Origin: Phoronis australis
Lineage: Eukaryota; Animalia; Phoronida
Length of the DNA stretch: 64,000 bases
Direction of reading: 5' to 3'
Assembly: GCA_002633005.1 (NCBI GenBank)
Contig: NMRA01000755.1
Location: 1 to 64,000 of the forward strand
Positions within the stretch are counted from its first letter, which is position 1, and every line of letters begins with the position of its first letter. A model generated the notes under the pieces. It had not been told where the DNA came from, did not search any database, and worked only from the letters and a program-made list of their open reading frames with translations. Positions 12,231 to 26,025 of the stretch are shown here, in pieces. The position numbers and the translations under genes are program-made.

Positions 12231-14877
12231 CGGGAAAATTCAATCTAAAAGGTCGCAGCCATTTTATTGCAACCCATATTATCTCATAATACCAAAATGA
12301 CGCCTATAGCGGCTACAACTACAATTAAACGCAAATTGATTTCAAATGATGCTTCAAAACATGTTTAATGTCTGTTTGCAAGTAGTCTAATATCCAAACA
12401 CATCACAATGAGGAGACTGAATTTATTTATACGAACTACACACATACGAGCAATAGTGCCCAAGAACTCTTGAAAGAGTCGCTAGCCACCTGGGTCGGGT
12501 GACCAACGAGTTCTGCTCGCACCGGCCACCCGCTTACTCAGTCGCATTAATTGGCTTGCGTCTAAGAATACCCCTGCTAACTGGCGCAAAATGGGTCGAA
12601 TCCCAAAAATATGAAGGCATGTGTCACCAATAAATTTATTTCATTAAAATTCACCAAAGGAACTCCGAAAATACACAGGCAAACGTAAAATAATTATAAA
12701 CAGACTAATATCTGAACTACTTGTTGACTGGTTTGAGAAACATATGGCACAAGTGATTTCACCATAACGGAACTTTAAATTAGAATGACTGTTCTATGGT
12801 GGTGTTCCCCTCAGTGTGAACATGGCCCAGAGACATTCATGTTACAGCCACTGCAGTGAAGCAACTACTGACATCACACTGACCGACTAGATCATCATTT
12901 CTGACCTAGGTTATTTTGAATGACAGCGAAACCAAAAGCCACACAGCTTCTGCCACTTTAATGATACCTTAGTTCATAAATGTCTTACTTCTAATGTGTT
13001 GTTTTGTTTTGTTTTTCAGACAAAACGCAAACTCCTATGAGCCACCATTTCATCAGTCATCACAACTGAATTAAGTATGTGTACTCAAAGCTACGGTTTT
13101 CTTCAATTCAATGGGATACAACCACTTTATAGAAATGCATCCAATGTGTGTCTTTAGGCGCACACGCCCATAGTACTTTTTAAAAAGCACGTTCAAGTTA
13201 TGTCATGGTATGTGCATTGTTCCCTGGCTCAGAGATAGATGTACATTTCGTCTTGCATTTTATTTGCAAATGTATGCAATCTCCCTTTCTTCATGTAAAA
13301 ATCACAAAAATGTTTTGCCAGATTTGACACAAGGTGGGGTGCACTCAGAGTACATGTATAGCCTGGCATTCTAACTGCACAAAGAGCTGTACATTCACTT
13401 CCAATATTTGTATTGTTATGTAGAGATTTTGTCTAACTTGTTCAGAGAAGAATTGTCTTCTGCCATCACCCAATAAGTGGAGATTTTTGGAACACAAAAT
13501 TTTGATTTGGGATGGTGATATTGGTTGGCTTATCTTGTGATTTGTATTGGGCCCATGTAGAAGCACTTCGAACTGCAACTAAATTTATCTTGTATATTTC
13601 AATATACTGTATATATGCGGATTGTATTGTCTGGTAAGGTACAACTGTGACAATAATTGATGCAATGAAGTGAATATCATGAGTGTTATGTAACCTGCTG
13701 CTTAGCGAACCACTTGTTACTTATAAGCACTGATTAATCAGATTTTGACCAAATCATAGAAAGAATTTTAAAAATTTGACCAACTACGCAGATTTTCACG
13801 TTACAGAGATGAACTCTATATTAAAGAGTCCTTGGCCATTCAGGCTAACAAAGCTGCTCATCCACTCAATCAGCACCAGAGCTCTGTTGCATTGAATCTT
13901 TGAATCTTTGACAGTTTGCTGTGTTTGAATATACTCCTTGTTTGTTCTGTAAGTTTAGTGCTCGACACTGTTGACTGAACATTGGCTGGTTTGTTGGCTT
14001 CAGTTGATAATGCTTTAGTGATCAATGCGAAACACTGAACATGAAAATTTACGCATATCTAAATATTGGAATACTTATGTTAGATACTACTTAATTGTAT
14101 ATACCTCTATATATATTAGTTTTATTTATGAATTGTTTACAACCCAGATATAATGCTTCGCGGTTTCTGGGTTTGTTATTATTTCTTTGTATGTTCTGTG
14201 TATTCTTCAATAAATATATATCCCTTTAAAAAAAAAATTATGTAGTTGAGCTGATTTTTAAATTTCTTTCCATTTGTCACTAAATTAATCATGTTTAAGT
14301 GCACTTAAAGGTATGCATACACAGTTTCTAAACATGTAACTCTACACTGTAGCCCTGCATTAATGTATAAGTTCACATTACAGCACCACCTTGACGCAAT
14401 CATAGCATTTAAAATTATTGTGCATTGTACATAGCTGTGGGAGAAAAGGCTGTGAGTTGATTTAAATTTGTAAATTTGCGTAAATTGGTACCACGAGATG
14501 GTAGTTGATCTGATAATGTTTATTTTCAGTATATGGCTGATTTGTTAGCTGGTTTTGTCAATATTCAAACTTGCGTAACCAGCATATACTTATAGTTCTT
14601 CAACAGGTTCTCTCCTGTAAGCTATCAATAAGACTTTGAAAACACCACCTCCTTCAACTTGCCAGCAAGCTTCACTACAAAAAATTTTGAAAACAACAAT
14701 TCCTTGTGTTCCACGAATGTCTTCAATACAATTACTCAAATAATTGACATATAGGCTTATACGTACATAAAAACAGGCACGTCGACCAAAATAAATACAT
14801 AAACGGTATACTAAACCTTTGTGCGTAAAATCAGTCGTGGTGATATTCCACAGATCTGTTCTACTAATGCATAACAG

Positions 14878-14985
14878 TCATAATAATAGCTTGGACTCTC
14901 CATGGTGAGTAACAAAGAAGGAATCTTCCGGCAAATCCTTGGCTTTCAAACTCTCACGCAGCTTCCGTGGTGGCTCCAGGTAGAA
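14878..14985 (-). CDS. NAPEPLD: NAPE-PLD last coding exon
   Basis: ttgaag acceptor, then [38 protein letters not shown]. Confidence 0.9.
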   Translation of the reverse strand, partial: FYLEPPRKLRESLKAKDLPEDSFFVTHHGESKLLL

Positions 14986-17900
14986 CTTCAAAAATAGAAT
15001 ATTTAAGACAGGTGACCAGGGCAAGTTTCAAAAATGTATTACCAAGACCACTCAGAAATTGGTGTCTGTTTGACAGCATTCTTTAAGTTTTGAAACTTCT
15101 GTCTGAAATTCATTACTAAGCAGCTTAGAGAAAAACAGCTGAGTAAAGTCCATTTAAAGACAGACATGTTTCCTTTGATAAAGTAGGATTTTTGCATTGC
15201 AAACCTTAAATCCTAATGAATTAAATTAACATGCTGAAGATGCAGACTCTTAGAGTGACACGATAACAAGTACAAAGCCATGATGTAGGAAGTGACAACA
15301 TGAAAAACTCAATCTTTCTAGCAGGATAGTAAGTAGATTCATGATAGCAACAGATGCAAACTAAACCAAAAAACAAACACTGGCTGAGAACAATTAGAAC
15401 ACGTGTCAATCAACTCACCTCACGAGCTAATGCAAATGTGCCCCAGTGGACACCTATGGACTTCTTTGCCTGAACATCCCTGTGTATGTCCACAGCTTGT
15501 TCTGGGTCCACATGCTGACACTCCATGAACCACCTGTGAACAATGGAAGAGGAAAAAAAATGGTTATCAAGCTGAACATGACAGCCAGGAATGCGTTGCT
15601 TCAAAATCATGTGTTACAATACAAAGTACACCGCCTATTGGTGCAAATATTCAAGAAAATGTTTCTGCTATCCAGATAGAGAAACCAGCTAGTAAAATAT
15701 ATCAACACACAAGACCCACACTCAACGGAATTTGGGATTACCACCCGTTACAAGAAACTGGCTTAATTTCATGTTTAACTTAAAGATGCTCAGTCCCATT
15801 AAATTGTAAAAAATGCAAATGAAGTACTGATTTACAAACAACCCTAGGTCCTCCAGTATGCTGAGAACCATCCGAGAACCATTTACCATTATAATCTCAC
15901 AAAAGTCTCATTTTGAGAGACTATTTTTATGCAAATGAATATGGTAATATTTCATCGTTACCCTAATGAAACAAGGCACAATTTTTATTATTTGTTCATT
16001 TCACTATCAAATAACGATTGCGTAATATTTGGAAAGGTCTTTATAAGTTCACACTTGTTTTATCAGCTGTAGTATTTTCTTTAAATCCGCAATTTATTTA
16101 CAAACTCTTGATTGTATTTGTACACACAGTTCTCCAACAAGTCACTCGGTGGCGCTTGCTACAAATTTAAATATTCACGGTTTTAATGAGATATGGAATA
16201 CATCCAAAGATACATATACCTGGGTTCGTAAGCTCCAATAGGAATGGCAGCTAAGTCAATGGGGCCATACATCTGACCAATCTCCTTAAACACATCACAG
16301 TATCCTGTATCTCCAGCAAAGTAGAACGTACGACTTGGACCCTTAATCACCCAGCCACTCCAAAGTGTCTGCAAATAGAATTCACTATTTAATCACGACA
16401 GTCAAACTACAAACTGTAAGCACAGGACAATTCACTATCTAACCACGATAGTCAATCTACACAGCACAATTCCAACTGATACTATTTAAGCAAAGTGATG
16501 AACCGGGTTTTGTCACTTATAATGAAACAAAGACCAAGAAGATTAACTGAATATAAGTTGGGAGAATATTGAATTCCTCATATGATGACAAAGATTACCC
16601 TAACCAGATTCTATTGCTATTAGTAATTTATAAGTTGAAAGGGTAGTGAGGCCTAGGTGGCTGCTTCCTTTACCCAAGGTCATGGACTCGCGTCCCACTA
16701 GGGCACACTGCTAGACCCTTGAGTGAGGTCTCTAGCTCCTAAGCCCGGTTTAAACTATATGCTATTAAAGCGAGCAAATGGTTCCAGGTGATCAGTGCAA
16801 TGGGCCCCCATGAGGCGAACATGTGGTAACATCTGGTACAAGGTGTACCAAACAGCCTACAATTATTTTTTAATAATTTATAACGTGTGTCTCATTGCAC
16901 GTACCTTGCAGATGTCATGTACACCACGGTTCGACCAGTGTTGGCATGGGACACACACAAACTCTATACCAGTGCGGTCGTGTAGTTCCTCCTTCTGCCA
17001 CCAGTCCAGCTCCACCACATTCTTACATCCACTTTTCGTCAACCAATCTTTTAAGCCGAAGGGCACAAACCATCGGAGGTCTCCACCAAAACGCTTGTTT
17101 AAAGCCACAACTGTGTTGTAGTCTAAGTGGTCATAATGACTATGACTAATGACAACCGCATTAATCTCAGGCAGTTCTTCAACTGAGCAAGGTGGGTCAC
17201 GGAACCGCTTGGGGCCAAACATCTGCGACATAGAGCAGCGTTGGCTGAAAATTGGATCAGTGAGGACAGACACGCCATCAAACTGGACGAGAACGGTGGC
17301 ATGCCCTATCCATGTTACCCTTATTCCAGACTCGGGAATCTTCTTCACTTCTTCAACATCTAGTTTCACCACTGGCAACTTCTCATCAAGTTCCTTCAAG
17401 AGACAATGATCAGAATTACTCACGAAAAAAAATTAACTATTGAAAAAGACATGCACCTGCTGGTAATCAGGTTTTTGTATTTAGTGGTGCGGAAGTTAGA
17501 GTTGTTACTGATTTCCTGGTGCATTTTTAATGAACGACAAGTGAGTGAAAGTCATAAATTAAACAAAAACCTGCATTAGCATGCTAAAAATGCATCCCAT
17601 GACCTAAAAAATTTGAGAATGAACAATCTACATGATAATGCCAAACAGAAAAGATTAGCTCAAAAATCGCTTTTCCAAGCAATGACCTTTGATCCTTGAA
17701 ATGGCTTCTGCAGACCCCATCGGAATTGCAAATTAATGCACTTATATGCAGTGGCATAATACAAACGTTTGAAGAGCTTATAACTAGTCAGTGAAATAAA
17801 GACACACTGTAACGAAATGTTTGTGGCCCATTGTGGATGAGAACAACATGGTCAATGATATTTAGTTAATGATAGTTTGACCACTGAAAATGTGAGTAGC

Positions 17901-18863
17901 CCCCGGAACGCAAAACAAGAGCAATGTGGAGTGTTGATATGCACCAACAGTGTGCATCGCATACAGCGCAGATACAAGAGGTGGTCATTATTTTAAACAG
18001 GACCGCTACACCCAGCAATCCTAGTATTTACTTAACATTACCCTCTAAGGAATGCAAAGCAAGTCAGAAATGCTCTTGTTAATAGGAACACACCTGCCAC
18101 CTTTCATAATACCTCAAGCAGTTTGGAGGTTAGGGAGGAAGACAACAAAGATCAAATGGAGTTTTGATTGGATGCATGGTAATGTTACAGACACTCAATA
18201 GATGGCATGCCAAGACAGAAAACAAGAAATGTAACATCTTATGTCTTGATTGGAGAAAGACAAAGTGTTAGTACAGCAGTTAGAAACAAGTAACTAGCCT
18301 ATCCTGATTCAAAACTTGGGTTAGATGCTGGCTTGAAAAAATGTAACATTCAAAACTTTTCTAGTTAAAATATTTAGGTGATCGTAAGACAAGGTTTGAC
18401 CAAGAATGCTTCGGAATATATAATTATCCATTTTAACTGACATCACTACTGGAATGTGCAATTTGCTCAGCCTATACAAAACATATGGCATCAAGCTGAA
18501 GGCAGTGGTGTGAGAACCACAAACACAATGCAACAAACGGACAAAACTGTGAGTGTTCAGACCTCGTTATTTTTTCATGTCTCAATTTACATACAGTATT
18601 TGTAGCTATGTGATATGGCAACATCGTAACAGTCAGATCCAAGTATGCATGATATACTGTACCTGTTTACTACTGGGTAAATTGGTGTTATTCTTCACTG
18701 TCGTCGCAAATTTTATTAAATCCGAGAAGGCAGGAAGATGAAATGACGTCCACGGATTCTCAAAGCGGCCATTCTTATAAACTGACTTTGTGAGATTTAC
18801 AGAGTCCTCGGTACTGTCACCCATGTCACTGGAAACACATGCGGTGGTGCCACCTGTGGCCAT
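14878..18863 (-). CDS. NAPEPLD: N-acyl-phosphatidylethanolamine-hydrolysing phospholipase D (metallo-beta-lactamase fold), 5 coding exons, ~353 aa
   Basis: Exons 18863-18663, 17393-16905, 16368-16220, 15533-15419 and 14985-14878, all GT-AG and in phase. Motifs: [44 protein letters not shown] (HxHxDH), [39 protein letters not shown]. Confidence 0.95.
15419..15533 (-). CDS. NAPEPLD: NAPE-PLD coding exon 4
   Basis: [38 protein letters not shown]. Confidence 0.95.
16220..16368 (-). CDS. NAPEPLD: NAPE-PLD coding exon 3
   Basis: TLWSGWVI...[10 protein letters not shown]...IPIGAYEP. Confidence 0.95.
16640..16790 (+). mobile_element. Possible degenerate tRNA-derived SINE in a NAPE-PLD intron
   Basis: A-box-like gtgaggcctaggtgg, degenerate B-box-like ggactcgcgtccc, followed by cccttgag as in core-SINE heads. 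Confidence 0.3.
16905..17393 (-). CDS. NAPEPLD: NAPE-PLD coding exon 2 (HxHxDH motif)
   Basis: ELDEKLPV...WIGHATVL...[10 protein letters not shown]...[15 protein letters not shown]. Confidence 0.95.
18663..18863 (-). CDS. NAPEPLD: NAPE-PLD coding exon 1
   Basis: MATGG...NGRFENPW...LPSSKQ then GT donor. The acceptor at 18877 implies further upstream 5' exons. Confidence 0.85.
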
Positions 18864-19385
18864 CAAGGAAAGTGTTCTGCAAGTAGATCAAGAAACAGGG
18901 ATTTTACACCCACACAGCACACACAGGTCACAAATTTTTGTTCAACAGGTCACAAGCTAGTCAGCGAGCGGTTTATGAATGGTCAGAAAAATAGCTGACT
19001 GGTCCGCTAATTTTTAACGGAGTGGAAGTGGACTGCACAGCTAACAACAGCTGCTTCGACTTCAATTCCAGTACCTACATGTATATTATTTCCTTGTCGN
19101 TATTATCCCTTGCAAGCCATGTCCAGTGCTTTTTGAACCCACAAGAAAAAAATAAAGGAACTAAAACAGTACGAGAGGCCAGTATAGCACAGACGACAGT
19201 GGTTTAGACAATGTTGGACAGACTATGAGCAAAGCATTTGCTCTTGGTACTCAGGCCTAACATGAAAGCATGAAAGGGTTTGGATATGGTGTGAATGTGA
19301 CCAGCATCGGTGGGATCACCCTTGTTAAAAAATGCAGATTCAGAATGCAATAAGTGCATGTAGGTAAAGTGATGAAACACGTTCA

Positions 19386-21976
19386 TTAGACTGTATACAT
19401 CATAATTGGAAGTTCTTGTACACAGTCAACGATTTCTGTCCCATCCTCTCCCGTCATCAGGTGTTTGACAATGGCCTCTGAAGGCTGAAAATGTTAACTA
19501 GGTAGTACTACGTAAATCGTTGACCATGTACTTAGAACTTTATTCCAAGGAATTACTTGCTAGTTTGATAGTAAAGCAAAACATATTTTATTTGAAACAT
19601 GTTTATAAACTGACAACATGTAAAAATGAAAATCTGAATCAAGAATTTATCACAGCTTACCGTGTATTTCCCTTCAAAATAGTCAGGAACTCCTTCAGCA
19701 ATAGTATGAATTTCTTCATATGCTGCCGCTTGCAAGAGTGCCAGTCTACAAAACAATAAAAAATAATACAGGTGAAAATTGGATCAAGACATCGGACCAA
19801 ACGCAATGTGGAAAAAATATTAATATTAATAAGTTAAAGACCCCTGCAACTATTGCAAGGAAAAAGCTAGAAAAGTTGAGTTCCAGTCGTAAGCTCACTA
19901 CAAGCGAATCTTTGTTTCAATCTAAAAGTGCCGATTCTCTAAAAGGGTGACGTACTCCTGGACCAATTTTTGAGCAGCACACCAGGTAAGGTCAAGTATC
20001 ACTATACCCTCTGGAAATGAACTATATTGGGAAATAGGATCAAGGTATCAAAGGTACACATGAAAAGATTATTGTCAGGGAACCATCAGCGAAAACCTTG
20101 ACACATCACGCAGGTCCAGCATCCACCATCAAAAAATCTTAATGCAAATGTTTAAATAAAACACAAGTAGTTCCCTTTTTTTCGATGTCTAATAAGCGGC
20201 GGAGCGCAATACACTTTAAGCATCATGGTGCTCACTGCTAATTAGGTCATGTCGAAATCGTACACTCATCTCATTAGGAATGCTAATTTGCAGTATTCAA
20301 AAATCTAAAGGGTTCCATCACAAAACATGAACCAAACATATTTATAAAAGGAGCAGCTCACTAATTCGAAGGTGCACTAGGGCGAAGGTGTACTATTAAG
20401 GTGGAACCGGGCCATTGAGCATTCATGGAATTTTTGTCGGCATTCTTTGAAACTCACTGATACCTCATTGTAGCACGACAAGTGTAGCGCTGCACTTGAA
20501 TCGCATTGGTTTTTAAAATAGTGCAATGTATCCACTCAAGACATGCTTTGAAGTCCAACTCCACAGACGCAGGAGACCCAGTAAAATATAAGTTAGTACC
20601 CGGCGGAGGGTTGTTTTCGATAGGGCCTCCTGGGTCCTGAGCCGCAGCAAACAACCGAAGTATTGAGGGTTATTGCACGAAAATACACCCAGGTCCATAA
20701 ACCTATACCTATACCTACTGCTATGTAACTCTTTTTAAAGATGGCGCTGCAATGGCTGCATGGTTCTTTAAGAACAGAGATCATAAAAAACTTAATCCTG
20801 GTGAAAATTGATGATGATCCTCAGAGGGTTGAAGTCCGCTAAGACAAACACACTTCAGTCCAGCTGCTCAGACTGCTTGGTCACCTGTGCATGACACCAG
20901 GGGGGGGGCATTACACCCTAGACCCCCCTCAAAGTCTATCACTGAAACTATAGGTGCCTGTTAATTGTTGGCAATCCAGCCATTGGCCTTCCATTGTGTT
21001 GGCAGGTATGGCAGGTAATGATGTACTAGTAATTAACTTGCAATTCAGTTGACAAATTTAATCGGGTTTTGGCTTGAATTTTCAGCTGGACAACATTTAG
21101 TCACAGACCCCCCAAGAGCTTTAACTACAAAACAACGGGACTGTATGAGTCACATAGCCTGCCTGAACGGGATGCCACAGAGAGCCACTTAAGAACCGTC
21201 AGCGTAATTTTGGCCTATGAAACGTTACGTGTTTTTCACACTCGTGAAACGCGATTTCTATCACACTGTGAACACGATTTCGTACCTTAAGCCTAGGCCT
21301 CTAACTTAGGAATCGAGTATCTATGTTATAGCTAAAGTGAACGTGCCGCGGTCTGTCGTGAGTCAACCGTTACGTTACGCCGCCGACGCCCGTAAAGTTT
21401 AACGCCCCTATCTAGACTTATAGGCGTCCTCAGCTTCTGATCGTCCCAAATACACTACTATAGTATATTGGGGAAAACCAGAAGCTGGGGATGCCTGTGA
21501 CCTCTATAAACCCTATAAAAAGTTCTAAAACAGCCTTCATTTACTGACAAACAGCAATTGTTTCTGTTCTTAGTACTACGTAAGCTAAGCATGGCTAGAA
21601 ATCGAGCCTAGGCTAATGTTATTGATTGTCATTTATTTATAATTACCGTCTGTGATGGAGACAGCGGACGATTACTGTGTTTGCAACACCGTCCGTGAGG
21701 GTGTTAGTCAAAGTTGGTTGACCATCTTCTTATTGAAACTAGGCAATTAAAACCGGCTTACTGACCTGTACTGCAGTGGTTTCGATCACTTCATCGTAGT
21801 TTTCGACACCTATCGGAGAACTAGTAAACCAATACCATTGGGAAAATAAGGATCAATCAGCGACCTCAGAAAGTGCTGAATCACGATGACAAAAAATGAC
21901 GGCACAGTCTAAGAATGTATTTGGTTGGACGACTTCGGATTGGAACTGTTTATAGCCTAGGACCTGGTTCCTCACC
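19386..21976 (-). other. Putative spliced 5' exons upstream of NAPE-PLD (5' UTR or small upstream ORF)
   Basis: Donor at 21975. Exons 21809(or 21820)-21762, 21674-21647, 19745-19661 and 19484 onward, with canonical GT/AG and an ACTAAC branch site. Confidence 0.4.
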
Positions 21977-22200
21977 CTGAAGATAGGGCGGAGGCGACGA
22001 GTGTCGGTTTCTCGCCTACGGCGTGGCAGCCTTGTTTTTGTGACTGAAGATGGCGCTTATCGTTTTACCATATCAAAGACGTTCAAGACTATTCACAAAT
22101 GCCGCCGCCATCAGCGTCACGGACCGTGGCTTTACCTCAACGGGCGTGTGTGCGCCGACGAAGTACACGAGGCGTTGACTCTGGCCGATTTCAGTCTGTC
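21960..22200. promoter_or_regulatory. CpG-rich putative promoter/TSS region of the NAPE-PLD transcription unit
   Basis: Local GC/CpG enrichment, YY1-like motifs (AAGATGGCG at ~22047, CCGCCATC at ~22105) and a first-exon-type donor on the minus strand. Confidence 0.4.
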
Positions 22201-22794
22201 AGTTGTGAAGTGTGTTTGCTTAGAATATTGAAAACAAAAAAGCATGAGCAGGCCATGGAAAATAGGCTACACATGCGTGAGTTCACTTAAAATGTGCGGC
22301 AAATGGTCACAATTTACTAGCGAAGCAGAAGAGGTTATTATGTTGCTTTGATGCCTGATACTACAAGATAATGTCACCCTTGTTCTTTTAAACACACCAA
22401 TCTAAGTTACATGTAGAGATTATCTGACTGAACCTTACAGTAAGACAATGCGTTAGCGTTGCTGTACGCCGGACATTTCGAGCGGAGTGGAGTGGTAATA
22501 TTTTGTATTCCAGTAAAAGATATTAATTGAAGAAAAATTGCTGACTTTGAGTCCGAGCAGCTGCGGCTCACCCTAGTGACATCTGGCCTTAGCATCATCA
22601 CATGATACTTATATTATAATATCATCACTATTCTATTTTAACAGTTTCATGTAATCTAATATCACATTTAGGGGACAAAACCACTTGTTTTACCGAAATA
22701 GACCCAGCGTGAAGCGTCAATTGAAAAAAAAATGTTTTTGGCACTGTTTAGTGTTTTCGTAAATAGGCATACATCATAGTGTACGCGACTCGTG

Positions 22795-23073
22795 CATGCA
22801 TCCAAGCGGGGGGGGGGGGGGCTCGGGGGAATCGAAGGAACCCCCGGCTACCCCCCAATATGGCGAAGTGTACAAAAAGGTCCGCCTCAGAGGAACAAAG
22901 ACTCAGAAAAAAGGAGAACACGAGACAAAGGTCCACTAAAATGCAGGAACTACCAGAATTCGGCGAATGCACAATTCATAGCTCTGATCAAACGTACCCC
23001 GTGAATCTTAATCAGTGAAGAGGTACTCGTTCTCAATTAAGCCCTCCCCCATTTTAGGGTGCGTGCGCGCATG
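22795..23073. mobile_element. MITE, CATGCGCGCACCC family
   Basis: Ends in gggtgcgtgcgcgcatg. Internal cgagacaaaggtccactaaaa...ctacca.aattcg.cgaatgcac block is shared with 59481-59711 and, reversed, with 47434-47668. Confidence 0.7.
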
Positions 23074-23339
23074 CGACTGACTGAGACTGCGAATGTAAAT
23101 GCTTGAAATTAGCGTTCCTAGGGTAACTGTATGAGTAAACTGAACTGACTGTTTTGATTATTTTATCAGAAACGTGTCACGCATGATCAATTTCACAGTT
23201 GGATTAATGAAATACTTTATGTTATACCGCTGCAGGTAAGTAGTTGTTGTGTTTACCAGCTACGCTAGATCTTACCAACATTGCACTTTAAAAAGCCAGT
23301 GTGCGTATCATTGCAAAAACATTAGAAACTAGACGCTTG

Positions 23340-23770
23340 TCACGGCACCCTGTCTTTCGTCAATAGATTTGAATAATTCCCGTTGTCGTCAAGAGGCCTG
23401 TTTATAAAATAATCTGATATGCATGGCGTATATGTCCCTATTGTGTGGAGAAGCTATAGCAACCACCGCGCTGGAGATGGTTTCACGGCAATATGACACC
23501 GGCTAAAAAAATTTTTCGTGGTCCTAACGCATTAATTTTTATCGCATTTCTCCCCGTAAAGTTTATTATGAGGAATTCAATTTCAGAAGCCAAAAGTTAA
23601 AAAATAATCAGTTTTAGTTCACGACATATCAATTTATTTTAGCCAGTGTTTTATTGCTCTGAAGTCGTTCATGCGGTATCTGCTTCATTTTAGATCAGAT
23701 TCCGTGATAAACAGGCCACTTGACGACAGTGGGAATGGTACACATCTATTGAAGATGTACAAGGTGTGAA
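23340..23770. mobile_element. Fold-back MITE-like element (~430 bp)
   Basis: cccgttgtcgtcaagaggcctgtttat (23379) pairs with ataaacaggccacttgacgacagtggg (23707). caatatgacaccggctaaaa pairs with ttttagccagtgttttattg. Confidence 0.65.
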
Positions 23771-24489
23771 AGGGTCCGACTTACCAGTAGCCGGATTTGT
23801 CTGGGTGTGTAAACAAGGCACCATGTGTGATTAATTTTAAATGGACTTAGTCTACATTGATCCACCATCCACGGTTTTGAACAAATGAACATGCCCAATG
23901 TAAACGTAAAATTGCTTCTAGCATTTGGTCACCGAAAGAGCACTAAGGTGACAGTGAACACCAACTTTATGCAAATGGGAGGTGTACCAATTAATCTATA
24001 AGTAATACGATATTTAATCTACCCGAGTCTAACATCACTGGTTGTAAAGCAGCTACTTATACAATGACAATTTTCCAGGATTGTTAAACATCAACGAAGT
24101 TATCTCCCTCGCGCCCTGTGATTCGGCAACTGATTTGACATGTAATTTAGGTGTGAATAATTGATACATTTTACCTGTCCCTTCATTTCCACAAAATATA
24201 CGGACTTCAAAAATAAACACCGGGGACACTGCAATGTCTGCAGTGCACTTGTCTCACAGGTGGTTTCAATACTGAAATACGGAATTCGAATTCCATAGGA
24301 ATGTATAATACATGTACGTGGGTGGAAATGAAAGCATGCACAAAAAGGGTTATCTTCATTAAAATGCAAACTTTATGGGAATCAGTAAAATTTTAATAAC
24401 AGTATCAGATACTCTTCTGATACCAGTCTTTCCGAAACACGTGAATTTTATCAAAACAAATTCTTGGATTGTGTCATAGCGGACGATGC

Positions 24490-24705
24490 ACTGGCCCATG
24501 CCAAATGATGTCGTATGGATTTCGCAAGCTAAATTTAACTTGCGAGATCCATGCGACGGGCGTAAGCGCGTCGCATGGTTATCGCCTATGGGACGCTACC
24601 ATTGTTTTCCTTTGCTGCGTCTTTGTTTGGATATAACAATACAGGTCGCACGGATATCGTACCTTGGGCGCCCATTAGCCGGTTACCGATAAATGCTTAC
24701 CATTT
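24490..24705 (+). repeat. Dispersed repeat, inverted copy at ~51885-52100
   Basis: gcgcgtcgcatggttat...tatgggacgcta...cgtaccttgggcg...gccggttaccg matches the reverse complement of 51890-52035. Confidence 0.75.
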
Positions 24706-25688
24706 TCTTTATTATAAAGAACGAAAAACAAAAATTTAATATATAAAACAGAATAGCCTTATCTGAACATTTTTGGGACTTTTCTGTAAACAAATCATTA
24801 AAAGGAACGAAAATGTGATATTTTTATGTCCAATAAGAGAGCATGTCTTATTTACCCAAAGGATTTGAAATTTGAAATCTGGGCCTTCTGTATTTACCCC
24901 AGAATCTTGAGGCAGGTGCCCGGCCCCGACAAATTGATTTCATATTGAGAACACCCACGTCAAGTGTCCGGTTCGGGAGTGTCCTGAAAATTGACTGAAA
25001 AACTAATTCAAAGACATGTGAACTGGGTACTTGACTTCGAACCTATCCACTCACAAATCCTTAATTTATCGCCGTTAGAACACTTTTGTATAGAGGGTTA
25101 GGTGGTGACTTTAAAGAGCTTTTCGAATCATTTATATTCCTCATCATGCCTTTTATGTCGAATTCTTATCACAGATGCCAGATGCCAACAAAAATCCAAG
25201 GTGTCGAGAGATATCCCTGTTTGCAACAACGACAGAATTGAAAGCTTTTTTAAAATCAATGAAATGTAGAAGACTGGGAATACTTTTGACTTGAGTATAT
25301 TTTAAGGCATCATAAATCACCCTAGTACTTTACAGAATGAAATAACCGGGGAGAAATCCAGCTTGATGGGAATTAATTAATTTAGTAAGTCAGATTTTAC
25401 CCTTTGGGCAATACGCAAAGTTAATAATTTATTGGAGAGATGACAATCAGTCGTAAAGAGAATATAGGTAGCAATAAATTTAGCTTGGGATACAATTGTG
25501 TTTGCCGCTAATACAGTAAAACGCACCGCAAACAGAAGACGTTTCTATGGGAACAAAGTAAAACGGGAAGCGCGCGAAAGACGTTTGAGAATAAATTTAT
25601 GACACTGACGTATAAAAACGTCAGATCCACTTTATACAGCTAATGCTCTGAGTCAGGTACATGAATACACAAGCCAAACGCCTTTAAA

Positions 25689-26025
25689 ATGGTACAAAAA
25701 CTAGATTTGGTCATTTGGACAATCGTTTGTCTGGTTTGCATTTTGAATGAAGAAGTTATGAAAACAAAGGAAGTTGACGCCAAAATGATGAAATTTAAAA
25801 CCATACTTGGTCATAAATTCAAGCCGATGACGCCGCAAGAAAGCGTTGTTAAGCGCGTGAATAGCAGAATTGAGTGCACGGCTAAGTGTGCGGAGTACAA
25901 CGCACAAGCTGGCGTCAGGATTTGCCGCGGGGTCAATTTCCAAGCAAGTAGCGGTGATTGTGAGTTCAACACGTTTGATAGCATCGAGTTGGTTGCCAGT
26001 TCTGTGTCGGACTACAGCTACACTG
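25689..26025 (+). CDS. PAN-LamG exon 1 (signal peptide + PAN/Apple)
   Basis: ATG in an aaaATGg context, TATAAA at 25611, GTAAGT donor, PAN cysteine pattern. Confidence 0.8.

Noticed and set aside
20454-20654. ORF ending near a GTGAGT donor within the NAPE-PLD upstream region
   Set aside because: No clear acceptor and no recognisable homology. It may be an alternative UTR exon but cannot be supported.
22748-23018. Overlapping ORFs with similar peptides at 47472, 59203 and 5154
   Set aside because: The similarity comes from copies of one MITE family, not from protein paralogs.
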